From contig JAKMXF010000357.1 in assembly GCA_024704765.1 (NCBI GenBank), positions 1 to 64,000 of the forward strand: a stretch of 64,000 bases of DNA. Reading direction: 5' to 3'. The translations under genes were made by a program, and so were the position numbers. The stretch is from Oopsacas minuta. Its lineage: Eukaryota > Animalia > Porifera. Numbering within the stretch: position 1 is the first letter of the stretch; every line of letters begins with the position of its first letter. A model generated the notes under the pieces. That model did no database searches and was not told the origin of the DNA. It saw only the letters and a list, made by a program, of their open reading frames with translations. Positions 50,101 to 58,798 of this stretch are shown here, piece after piece.

Positions 50101-50160
50101 TGAATTTCAGCATATATAGCAGGCTGATTATCTCTAGAACACTCTCTCTGATGTGAATAT
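20142..50160 (-). CDS. PSD: PH and SEC7 domain-containing protein (PSD/EFA6, Arf6 GEF), 12 exons found, 5' exon(s) missing
   Basis: Exons (minus): 50160-49854, 45294-45055, 42233-42005, 39638-39362, 37587-37509, 34862-34782, 34710-34598, 31108-31050, 28512-28302, 27262-26947, 21039-20775, 20339-20142 (stop). All GT-AG and phase-consistent, ~790 codons. Sec7 motifs FFDFTELGLVDAFR, LEGESQEQDRIVEFFSKRY, LLLNADLHGQNLSKSMTFRDFYDNL; EFA6-type PH (DIDGKRTSGKQRQWRIYYA); post-PH MQGWVSAVNLTAALHSSPP...FSRPTIP and coiled coil. The four 5'-most exons rest on phase and ORF continuity rather than homology. Confidence 0.92.
20470..20760 (+). mobile_element. Helitron-like family B fragment in the last PSD intron
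   Basis: Shares GTGCCGAG...AGCTCCGGT...GCCATTAAA...TTTTCCGC with 38700-38820 and 62600-62720; ends AAGCGAAGCACGCTAG|T. Confidence 0.65.
21218..21400 (+). mobile_element. hAT-like left end with repeated (T/A)TGGGA subterminal motifs
   Basis: Starts CAGGGTTGCC followed by many ATGGGA/ATGGAA repeats. No matching right end seen. Confidence 0.45.
23311..23631. mobile_element. Degenerate hAT MITE
   Basis: CAAGGCTGGGGTTGGTTAACCGG ... GCGGTTAACCTGTTAACTGAATCCTGCCCTG. Flanks GTTTCAG / GTTACAG resemble a decayed TSD. Confidence 0.55.
23745..24173 (+). repeat. ~430-bp dispersed repeat, copy 1
   Basis: Colinear with 43082-43512 (CTACGTCCCTGTTTACCCTATTT, GTGGAAGCTAATCTCTAG, AAATACAGAGGTGTCAAAAGGTGTG; both end GCACAACTAG). 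Confidence 0.85.
24231..26600 (+). pseudogene. Decayed hobo/Hermes-like hAT transposon (transposase ~24783-26600), antisense in a PSD intron
   Basis: Candidate left TIR CAGAGCTGCAAATGGGTC at 24231. Broken frames give a BED-like VWQKF...SACEDC, DLAIDNII-type and TLKQGSENAHR motifs, FLSVFSDIFDMIE, and a dimerisation domain LDWWNHHKFQYPLLSKIAMQLLVIQASSS. Many stops and frameshifts; right TIR not found. Confidence 0.82.
27381..27876. mobile_element. Unclassified MITE with CGGACACTT termini
   Basis: GCGGACACTTCGTCGA ... TCGGCAAAGTGTCCGT imperfect TIRs; GAAATGTCCG repeated at the right end. Confidence 0.65.
28597..28900 (-). mobile_element. Helitron-like family A fragment
   Basis: Minus-strand 3' end ...GCGAAACAGCTCG|T; contains the ~139-bp TATATTCATAAAAACAAC unit twice. 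Confidence 0.6.
29009..29193. mobile_element. hAT MITE
   Basis: CAGAGATGCCAAC ... GTTGGCATCTATG (12/13 TIR). Confidence 0.7.
32348..33083 (-). mobile_element. Full-length non-autonomous Helitron-like element, family A
   Basis: Minus strand: A|T(A)TATACTATT 5' end, (GTTT/GTCT/GTCC) microsatellite, three ~115-140-bp tandem units, and 3' GGGCCAGAGGCTCG|T. Homologous end to end with 61769-62283. Confidence 0.8.
33594..33779 (+). mobile_element. Tc1/pogo MITE, copy 1
   Basis: TA|CAGTGAAGTCTCCCAAACGG ... CCGTTATTCGGAGACTCCAGTG; colinear with 38149-38332. Confidence 0.8.
34889..35040 (-). mobile_element. Helitron-like 3' end fragment
   Basis: Minus strand AAGCTGTCGCGCAGCGACTTAGTAAGCAAATCCCGTTCG|T, near-identical to the family B end at 38910-38947. 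Confidence 0.55.
36024..36260 (-). mobile_element. Helitron-like family B fragment
   Basis: Minus strand ...AAGCTGTCGTGCAGCGACCTAGCAATCGAATCGCGCTAG|T, a canonical CTAG|T end. Confidence 0.65.
37319..37439. mobile_element. Tc1/pogo MITE
   Basis: CAGTGGAACCTGCATAAA ... TTTATACAAGTTCTACTG|TA. Confidence 0.65.
38149..38332 (+). mobile_element. Tc1/pogo MITE, copy 2
   Basis: TA|CAGTGGAGTCTCCCAAACGG ... CCGTTATTCGGAGACCCCTCTC|TA; homologous to 33594-33779. Confidence 0.8.
38340..38947 (+). mobile_element. Helitron-like family B, near full length
   Basis: Begins with the CAGAATTGATTGAAGAAACTGG block shared with 35686 and 62330; ends GCGCAGCGACCTATCAAGCGAAGCCCGCTAG|T. The 5' boundary is approximate. 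Confidence 0.7.
39694..39846. mobile_element. Tc1/pogo MITE (same family as 58891-58991)
   Basis: TA|CAGTAGAACTC ... GAGTTCTACTG|TA. Confidence 0.8.
40408..41216. mobile_element. ~810-bp foldback element with nested arms
   Basis: Outer arms 40408-40623 / 40987-41216 and inner arms 40798-40857 / 40916-40976 are reverse complements (e.g. AAATTTTCAGATCGAAGTGACGTCAT / ATGACGTCACTTCGATCTGAAAATTT). Confidence 0.85.
43082..43512 (+). repeat. ~430-bp dispersed repeat, copy 2
   Basis: Direct-orientation homolog of 23745-24173. Confidence 0.85.
43640..43784. mobile_element. GATC-rich hAT-like MITE
   Basis: TAGGGAATTAGGATCTTTC ... GAAAGATCCTAATAATTCCA with 10 GATC sites. An inverted partial copy lies at ~46455-46530. 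Confidence 0.65.
44248..44963 (+). pseudogene. Internally deleted hAT element carrying a transposase C-terminal fragment (~44365-44769)
   Basis: Translates to HFLANMINPQFMGQRL ... IFPSSSAII..FLNFGFIQT..RLAFDKAGRLVACFRDLRG*, a hAT dimerisation domain. Ends resemble TAGGGTT ... GCAACTCTG. Confidence 0.75.
45524..45713. repeat. Diverged copy of the 57-kb foldback element
   Basis: Arms CTTAGTCTATTAAATTCAATT-GTTTAAAAAGTGG / AAACAAATTTATTTAATAGACTAAG with multiple mismatches. Confidence 0.85.
47743..47825 (+). tRNA. tRNA-Leu(TAA), 83 nt, type II
   Basis: ACCAGGGTGGCCGAGTGGTTAAGGCG; anticodon arm TTGGA-CTTAAGT-TCCAA; variable arm GTGC-GTAT-GCAC; T arm ATGGG-TTCGAAC-CCCAT; acceptor ...TCCTGGTA. Closely resembles metazoan Leu-TAA. 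Confidence 0.97.
47830..47834 (+). terminator. Pol III T5 terminator of tRNA-Leu
   Basis: TTTTT four bases downstream of the tRNA 3' end. Confidence 0.8.
48459..48791. mobile_element. hAT MITE
   Basis: TAGTGTTGCAGC ... GCTGCACACTA ends; TSD AACAATGT / AACAATAT (7/8); GGACCG subterminal repeats at both ends. Confidence 0.85.
49268..49433. mobile_element. Tc1/pogo MITE
   Basis: TA|CAGTAGACTCTCGTTAAGA ... TCTTAACGACGTTCCACTA|TA. Confidence 0.65.
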
Positions 50161-51002
50161 CTGTAATAATAGGTATATATGTTGTAGTCTATTAGAGATT
50201 TCGTGTGTACACGTACCCACTGAATTATCCCGTGTGTACACGTACTCACGAACTTTCACGGGTGTACGGGTACACGCGATGCATCGTGAATGTATTAGGA
50301 AACATATATGCAAGTGGGTCATTAAAATGTGTTTGACTTCAAGGCATGGCAGGGAGTCATAAAGGTTATTCGGAGAACGCTGCTAGCGCTCCTCCTATCA
50401 AATTCATAAGTCTTAATCAGAAAATTTCTGGTACGGTATAGGGAAATATTCTCAATTTTGAAGCTCCGAAATGTAATTTAATCAAAATATCTTGCACTCC
50501 TAGATAATTTCGTGCACAAGGGATGGTATTATATCGCATTAATTGGTCCATTACCAGTTACAACTAAACTTAGTTGGTCCTGGCTGTGTAGAATTTGTCC
50601 AAGGCGGCCAATTATGGCCGACATCAATTATAAGAAATATTCTTGACCAGTCCGATCAAAATCCCATTCACAAGTAGCTATCGACCCCTAAGGCCCAATT
50701 CAGCAACCAAGAGGTAGTTAGACATCCGGATAACATCCTGCAGCAAGCCTGACAATAATCCGAGGTAAATTATTCAGTCAGTTCAAATAGTCAATAAAAT
50801 ACAAAGAATCTTGCATTAGGAACAATATGTAAAATAATTCGCATTCGATCAAACCTGTTCAGCAACTAGATATAGCTTCCAAATACTCCAACCAACCAGG
50901 TGGTACAGAGAGACTAGGCCCAGTTATAGTCGACAATAACTGTTTCCGGACCATTCAAATCGTTATCATACTATTACTTTGAATGTAGTATATTTTAATC
51001 AC

Positions 51003-51752
51003 CCTAATGTATATGAGTCTTCTAATACACTGCAGGCCTGGTCGAAGCAAATATTTATTAGTCCACAATAGCCGGTCCGGCAATGGCCAGACTTTCCGTA
51101 CTGGCTCCGCCTTCCATGTACTGAAGAAATCGTGTTTACGCCTATACACGAATTCTCTAATACTGTTTTGACAGAAATGGGGCCCCTATAGATTGATCCA
51201 GGACACAAATGCAGACTTGGACCTTCTAACGCTTAATATTTATTTGATTAAAGTTATGAGCTTACTTTTCGCAGTTCAAGTTTCATTTAGAATTTTAGAT
51301 GTATAAATATGTACGTACCATTAAAGGTATGGATTGAAACCTAATTCTGAAATGTTTTCAATCTGATCTATAAAACTAACTTAAATCGTCATCAAAATTG
51401 ATGGTATCCCAGCATTCTACGAGAAATCCACGATAATGTTAGGCATCAATGTGCACGCTACTCATATAACATTGCAAAAGATATGCTTTGGGCCTGGGAT
51501 GTCAAAGCAGATCATTTCTTAAGTGGAAAATTGTATTCACAGACAAAAGAATCAATCTACACTGAAAGGGGCGTCGCTAAAGCACGGAAGGGACAAGTAG
51601 TCTTGAAGAAATTTCAAATGTTTAGTTGTTGGACATTTAGCCTTGCAAATCAGAGAGCATTTGTTTTGACTTTTGACGTATGTGGTAATCAATTTTCTCA
51701 ATTCTGGAGCGAAATTGATAAAATATCTCAGGAGCAACTTTACATTTCCTAA
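51003..51752 (+). pseudogene. Unidentified decayed reading frame (TE- or virus-like remnant)
   Basis: One frame gives long open stretches (PNVYESSNTLQAWSKQIF, PVRQWPDFPYWLRLPCTEEIVFTPIHEF, WYPSILREIHDNVRHQCARYSYNIAKDMLWAWDVKADHFLSGKLY...) broken by about ten stops, most between ~51180 and 51400. Family not recognised. Confidence 0.4.
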
Positions 51753-52535
51753 TCGTGAATAATGTATTAACCATCTCTCGACTGGATACCTACTTACCGC
51801 CCTCTAGCCAAGAAAAGGAGATCGAAATTAGAGAGGGAATGATTCTAGGCGGAATTACTTTAATTTTGAAATATTAATCACATCGACGTGAAATGTAATA
51901 AAAAACGCTTGGTAACTGTTGTTCCCTACACTATTTTGTGATTTTGAGACCAAATATGTGTCAAGCAACAAATTTGAAAGTTCTACTAGAAAAAACTTGT
52001 CCGTTCCAGCTTATATAGATTTCGGTTGAAGTGAATTGACATAGTATACAAAATATTTATTACACTCACAAACGGTCAAATAAAGGAGGGAGACGTTTGT
52101 ATAAAATATTAAGGTTCCTCTCTGGAACTTGAATAGTGCATCAAGAACACTGGAAAACATCAAAGGGTTCTTATTCCACAGAGAACGGAAATACAAATAA
52201 CCAGCTACAAAAATGCGTTAAGAAGGACATTCAAGGAACAAATGTCCCTATCCACAAGCGCTATCATCCGGCCGGTATTAGACCGTTGTGAGTAGAAAGA
52301 ATATTTTCGAATGCATAATAAGTCAATGCACTCTGACTGAAGTAATGATTAATCTATTGAAAACGCCATTGAGAGGAATTTAGGTTCAAAAATTGTTTTA
52401 AATGAAATGCATTTTAGTTTTACACACAACTGCAACATTTACACTATTTCAATAATAGTAAAGTGCGAGAATATCATTGGTCCACGAATGTAAATGTAAC
52501 AGTTACGTCATAACTCCAAAATACAATCGAAATCA

Positions 52536-52583
52536 AAATTATGCGAACATGGGTCTCCCGAGATACCCATGTTCGCATAATTT
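52536..52583. repeat. Perfect 19-bp-stem hairpin
   Basis: AAATTATGCGAACATGGGT - 10-nt loop - ACCCATGTTCGCATAATTT. Confidence 0.9.
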
Positions 52584-52607
52584 GTCTATGTTAGTGTACT
52601 TGTGGTA

Positions 52608-52824
52608 TCATAAGTGATACGTCTTCATTGAAAGACATAATAAACTACTTAGCACATAAGGTACTAAATTTTTAGATTACATAGGATCCTATGTAAATAA
52701 AAATCGGTTAAACGTACTACTTTTTCTTCTCTCTTGAGGGTTCCGAGTTCTACTGGATATACATGCATAAAGATTAATCCGAAGTTGTTTAATACGTCTT
52801 TTAATGAAGACGTATCACTTATGA
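52608..52824. mobile_element. MITE-like element with 22-bp perfect TIRs
   Basis: TCATAAGTGATACGTCTTCATT / AATGAAGACGTATCACTTATGA. It encloses a CCGAGTTCTACTG end of the 58891 MITE family. Confidence 0.7.
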
Positions 52825-54573
52825 GTACTTATTTTATAATACATATTATACGTTCAATCTACAATTATTGGTGACGTAACCTATATTTGGCTGATTGCTG
52901 AACTGAATATATTGTATGGAGACAGTAGTTCTCGAGTGTTAATGAGAAATAACAGCATAGTTGACCAAATTATATACTACTTGATAATAATGTGATATAT
53001 ACAAGTCTAGCAATGTCAAAATCCATCTACAGATTTATCTGAAATTACTGTGTAGCATGCTACTTACATGTTTATAGCAACTAGTTACAAATAGCGCAGT
53101 AAATGCATGTAGGAAATATTGGTATGTATGTTGATTAGTGATTACATAAATATATTTGCATTTTAGTTAACACATAGTATCATCAGTAGAAATTATATAA
53201 GAATAATCTTACTCAATTTGGACAGTGAAATATATAAAAAATGTTTTATCGTAGAATGCATATCCATGGTACAAATATTTTAGTGAATGCATTGCCTTAG
53301 TGCCTTTTTCGAACTTTGGCACACTAAATTCTTCAATATTATTTCAGGCACACTTGACAAGCAGGAATTCAACTTTAGTAAACCCGTAGCGTCAAATGTT
53401 ACTAGAAATATATCATGAATATGAAAATACTGGTGTTATAGGATTAATTCTTGTTGACATTTAGCATTTTCAAGTCCAGAGAGCCAGAATGAAGCACTTC
53501 AAAGCATATTTAACACATTAGTTGTATGTCAGTGTGAATTAGGTGGTCTCAACAACGTTCTAAGAAACATAAGCACACAAGTGTGCCGCGGCACACAGAT
53601 AAGAACCACCGCCTTAGTACTGTTGTATGACAGATTTACTACCATGACAGTTTATACTATTTCAATTAACGGTACCATGGATACTCAATATCCATGACAG
53701 GATTAGTACCCTTAGATGGGGCGCATACATTAGTTCTACTGGGAATATTGGCAGTGCCTCTGCCCTTGAAATATGATTGCAGAGCTATAATAAAATAATC
53801 AAAACTTGAGATGTTGTCGATAGAGCGAATGTATATTAGCTATGAATATCTGGTATTTAAGGCGAATTCATATTTTGAGAAACACTGAATGCTTCCTTAA
53901 ATATCTAAAAACCTGCACAAACGCTTTAAAAGCAAAAAATCCACCGATCCGCCATTTTGCAAACTTTTCTAATAATTAGTCTAACAAAAGTCTATCCAAA
54001 CACATAATTAGCATGGACTCCACATCCCCGCCCCTATGTAGCATAATAACGAGTACAAATGAAAACTCCCAGACCGATAAGGTAGTGAACAAAATCCCTA
54101 ATCCCCTCCCAATGGTACGGGTTTATAATTAATACAATAAAATGTCCTATCACGTCCTCGTTTCTATAAATAACAGCGACAACATAGCTAAATAAATTCG
54201 ATCTATCACAACATCTCAAATTTAGGTTATTTAAATATAGCTCTACAATCATAATTAAGAGTAGAAGCACTGCCAATTTTCCGAGTAGAACTAATGCCTA
54301 CACATTGAAAAAGTAGAACTAACGTTACAAAAGAAAATTAGAACTAATGCCGCGTTCCCCCTTACATCATGACATAAAATCGTATAACTCAACTCTTAGT
54401 TCTTATCACACTGATAATAATGCATTTTCAATGGTTTCTTTGTTTCTGCTCTAGAGTTATATTACATAACTATAGTTTTAGTGATACGATCATTGAGTAG
54501 TGGATGACCTACTATACTGTCATAATTTATGTTTCTTAGTAATGTGTTCGGATAGCCAATTAATTGTCTAACG

Positions 54574-56837
54574 AGTGTTTCCCAACCTTTACCAATTTAA
54601 CGCCCCCTTATAGACTTAATATTTACAGAACGCCCCCTATTTAATACTTTATTGAATCAGTTTTTAATTACTGACTATATAGAAATATTAAAGATAGACT
54701 GATAGAGTATCTAGGGACTAATCTAGGTATCAGTATACGTTGGAACATATGATCCTTGACTTTGGTGGCTCTTTGCTAGTTTGACTACATCCGGTTCTAA
54801 CTGCGTCAGAAAGAGTCTCAAGTCGCCTCTTGTTGCTATTTCCAGTCGATTTCTTTGTTTTGTGAGCAGATTATCTACTGTGCTGAATCCCTTTTCGACA
54901 AGATATGATGATGGAAATGCAACAAACATTAATTTTACAGTTTGAAAAATATGGGGATAGCGTTCAGACTTCCTTCTTCATCCAGAATGCACTATATCCG
55001 CATTGGGTGAATATGGCATTGCATTCGATATCATTTTGCAAATCGATGAATTCTTCTTGAAATTGTGGATCCAAAGTTTCTATATTTGTTCCAAAAGGAT
55101 TTATCACAAAATTAGGGATAACTAACTCGGTTAAATCTTTGAATCGAATCAACAAATCTTCGCTAAGGGAATCAACATGTGAAATAGTAAATATGAATCT
55201 TGTCATCTCTAATGATGTTATTATTTGCCATATCCAGTTCACTTAAACAAAGTAACTACCCAAATTCACGACGTGCAATATTCTGTCGGAACAAGGTTAG
55301 TTTACTTAAGAATGATAGAACAACGCCCTTCGCTTGAATAAGAGTATTATTATTCCCTTGTAGCTGCTTATTCACTATATTCAGTTTCTCGAATATGTCA
55401 GCTAAGTAAGCCACATCAGTCCTTATCATTTTAACCTTTTCTGCCAGAGTTGAATCGTATTCTTCTAGGAACCCGACTATAGAATCAAACAGTTGATGGA
55501 ATCGTTTCAAACAATTACCTTTAGAAAGCCACCTAACTTCAGTATGGAGAAGGAGGCGTTTGTAATCTTCATCATTGTTTTCACAAAGTTGCTGAAAGAT
55601 GCGATCATTCAGTGAGTTCTTTTTTATTTTGTTCGTAGCAGTAATCACGATTTGCAAAGACTGGTGAAGATTAGGTGTTAAGTGCTTGGCGATCAAATAT
55701 TGACGATGTATGACACAATGAATAGAGAAAACCTTCGGCACAGCTCGTTTCAGATGAACTATGAAACCACGATGACGTCCAATCATTGAAGGTGCTCCAT
55801 CAGTAGCACACGCAATAATATTTCCCATTGGTATGTTCTTCTCTTCACAAAATTGCTTTACCACCATAAATATTGTTTCACCTTTTGTATCTGTTTCCAG
55901 TGGCTTGGAGAAGAGCATTTCTTCTTTTGATACACCATTGTGAATATATCGTACATATGCCATAAGTAAAGCTTCATTGTCACGTAAGGTTGACTCATCA
56001 AGCTGCAAAGCGAATTCCGTTGTTTGTAAAACTTTACACAACTGTTGTTCAACATCTATAGCCAATTCTTCGATCCTCCTCGAAACTAAGTTATTACTTA
56101 AGGGAATTGATCTAACTACACTAGACGCATCTTGATGCATGACAGTAGATATAGCCTCTCTTATAGCTGGAAGGATGAGATTTTCATCTATTGTATGAGG
56201 CTTTCCACATTTGGCGATTAAGAGAGATATATTGTGAGAAGCAACAAGACCATCGTCATTTTTAGTACTAATTTTGTTAATCATTCCATCTATGGAACCA
56301 CGATTTGCAAACTGTATACGTGAAGGATTCATGCCCTCATTACAGAATACTTGATTGCAGAGTAAACAAAAGGGTAATTGTTGATTAGTAGGTGTAGCGA
56401 TGAAACCAAATTTCAGATAGTCTATGGAGTATTGACGGAATTTTTTCTTGGGGTTTTCAGCCATGATTGGATATGCAAGAAAAATCGTGTCTACTATTGA
56501 GGTAATTAATGAAATAACATGGTATGATCACTTTTTATAACTTCTTTGTTAAGAAGCCGTCTGAACTGTTAATTCAAAACAAAGAAACAATACCATTGAA
56601 AGCATTGATTGATTGTAAATGGTGAATACTTAGCTCTTCTTGTGGGCAGCGTGTTAGAATTGTCATTATGGGTGAAGTGCACATCATATTAATGATACAA
56701 TAGTATTTCGCAAAATTTACACATGTTAGAATAAATCTTCATCCAACGGCTCATTATCTTGTCAGCGCCCCCCACAGCGCCCCCTTCCTCCATAGCACCC
56801 CCTGAGGCAAAGCAAACGCCCCCGTTGGGAACCACTG
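54574..56837 (-). mobile_element. Buster/Charlie-type hAT transposon, complete ends, dead transposase
   Basis: Ends (C)AGTGTTTCCCAAC ... GTTGGGAACCACTG; 8-bp TSD GTCTAACG at 54566-54573 and 56838-56845 (nnnTAnnn pattern typical of Buster); CGCCCCC subterminal repeats at both ends. Confidence 0.92.
54723..56464 (-). pseudogene. Buster-family (ZBED5/SCAND3/FAM200-like) transposase, frameshifted
   Basis: RQYSIDYLKFGF, FALQLDEST, CATDGAPSM, HCVIHRQ, LLLHTEVRWLSKG, FPSSYLVEKGFS are spread over three frames (55256-56464, 54964-55242, 54723-54929). The BED finger appears partly deleted. Confidence 0.9.
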
Positions 56838-57094
56838 GTCTAACGTATCTGTTGTATTTCATCAAATTCATATTTTATTATAGTATATATATTGCTATCA
56901 CATTTAGTAAAAGTAACAATTTCAAAATAATGAAGTGAGTAGACATATTACTAATATAAGTCTAGAGCAGAAACAAAGAAACTATTAAAAATGCATTATT
57001 AGCAATGTGATAAGAACCAGTGGCATAGCCACACCCGAGCCTGCCCGGGCACATGCCCATGCAACTTTTTTTCCGTGCCTGGGCAATATTGAAA

Positions 57095-57293
57095 AAATAC
57101 AAAATTGCAACCCGTGCCGACAGCTTAGTCTATTAAATTCAATTTGTTTAAAAAGTGGCACTATTAATTGGAGGCACTATGTGTATTGGGATTAAACCTA
57201 ACCTTTCATAGTGCCTCCAATTAATAGTGCCACTTTTTAAACAAATTGAATTTAATAGACTAAGCTGTCGGCACGGGTTGCAATTTTGTATTT
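57095..57293. repeat. Perfect 87-bp inverted repeat with 25-nt spacer (foldback MITE)
   Basis: 57095-57181 is the exact reverse complement of 57207-57293, checked base by base. Confidence 0.95.
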
Positions 57294-57639
57294 CCTCGCT
57301 CCGCTCGGATTTAAATTTCTCCAAATATTTCATTTACTAATTAATATGATCATCCAGCCAATATATTGTTCAATTTGTTTTCAGTAATTATTGCTTGACT
57401 AAATAATATTAATAGAAGGGAATACTGGAGGAGATTTCATCGGTACAAATTCGGAATCAGCGTATTGAATTACCCCCTTTTGCTGTTGGAACAATCTACT
57501 ACGATTATTCAAAGGCTATATAATCGGGCAAATACATGTCTTTAAATTATTCATGGTTAATTTGAAAAATATTACATTCATAAATATAATAGAAATAATT
57601 AAAGCTACCGTTCGAAAGATTTGAAATTTTGGAACCTTG

Positions 57640-57770
57640 TCTTTCATAAGTTTTTGCTAGAGGCTAGTGTGAAATAGTGGCAATTTGTGTCCGATTGATT
57701 AGCTAAGGGGAGAAGCACACCTAACGAAATCTTCAATAGTTCTCACACTATATATCACCTTAATTATATA
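57640..57770 (+). repeat. ~135-bp dispersed repeat shared with ~45750-45900
   Basis: TTTTTGCTAGAGGC, GTGTCCGATTGAT.AGCTAAGGGGAGAAGCACACC and ATCTTCAATAGTTCTCAC occur in both. Confidence 0.8.
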
Positions 57771-58729
57771 CAGTACGGGGCTTTGCTCTAATGGAATGTA
57801 TATTTATTGAGGCCAAAAATAGCATTTGATAGTTGTAGTAACCACACAAGTGTAATTGTGGTAAAAGTACTAGACTAGTGACAGTAAAGCAAATTTTGCT
57901 ATTTCAATGTAGAGTATATGCACTTAGATGTATTTCTGTCATGTATCAGAGCTTGGTTATCAGTCAACTAAAAGAAATTTTGCAGAATACTTTCCATTAG
58001 TTTTCGGCGTGTTCGGACGAATTTATTTTGTAGATAAGTGCAGAAATATATCGTGGGAAATCGTGGGCAAATGATTTTAAGTTTTTAAATGAAAGCTAAA
58101 CCATTAGCTCTAATTTCATATAATTTCCAGGGCCGCGAAATAACGCGAAGGTGACCATTTTTCAAATTCTATCTGGACCTGTTGACATTTTTGAAATTTT
58201 ACATTTTTCTAAATTTTCCTTTTTTGATTTTTCTAAAATACATTATCGCAATAATGAATAATAGAAAAGCATTCGACTTCTCTGCTCTCAACCATCAGTT
58301 AGAGCGGCATATATTCACTAGATATTTGTTTTCAATCACTTCTTTTAGCTTCTTTTGACTGATAGTAGATGATAGAGACTATATAATTTGGATTATTTAA
58401 ATCAAACAACATGAAATATTATATTTTAGCCCAAGTGGCTAGGGATTGTTCTAAATTGTTAGTTTGCGAATAAGTACACAGTTTCATAACTTCTCTATAC
58501 TGCAATAGATTAGGGTGGAATTCACACTGGAAACTAGAAATTTCCCATAACCTCCATTGTTTGTAGAATATATTTTAAGCACATGGGTTACCAATATTAT
58601 CAAATTATGCGACCATAATATCATATCTACAAATTTGTCAGAAATCAAGCCAAAAACGTGTTAAATACCACATATACATAAAATTAGTTGTTTCCAATCG
58701 ATTTTTTACCATTGTTTTACTATTAGCGA

Positions 58730-58798
58730 AATATTTCGCTTATGTAGCTATTATATACATGCCTATTTCCACTAAAGCACCCATTTGTGCCCACTGTG
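58730..58798 (-). mobile_element. Transib-like element terminus (CACAGTG)
   Basis: Minus strand CACAGTGGGCACAAATGGGTGCTTTAGTGGAAATAGGC; homologous termini at 42578 (+) and ~36394 (-). Confidence 0.55.

Noticed and set aside
54012-54115. MDSTSPPLCSIITSTNENSQ...PM|GTACGG as the first exon of a plus-strand gene
   Set aside because: Short, no recognisable homology and no downstream exon found; kept only as possible cargo of the 53.6-58.9 kb candidate element.
55256-56464. 402-aa ORF as a host ZBED5/SCAND3/FAM200 gene
   Set aside because: It sits between TIRs with an 8-bp TSD and continues through frameshifts, so it is a transposon fossil.
57007-57333. Two short ORFs sharing IQNCNPCRQLSLLNSICLKSGTINWRHY
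   Set aside because: An artefact of the perfect palindrome being read on both strands.
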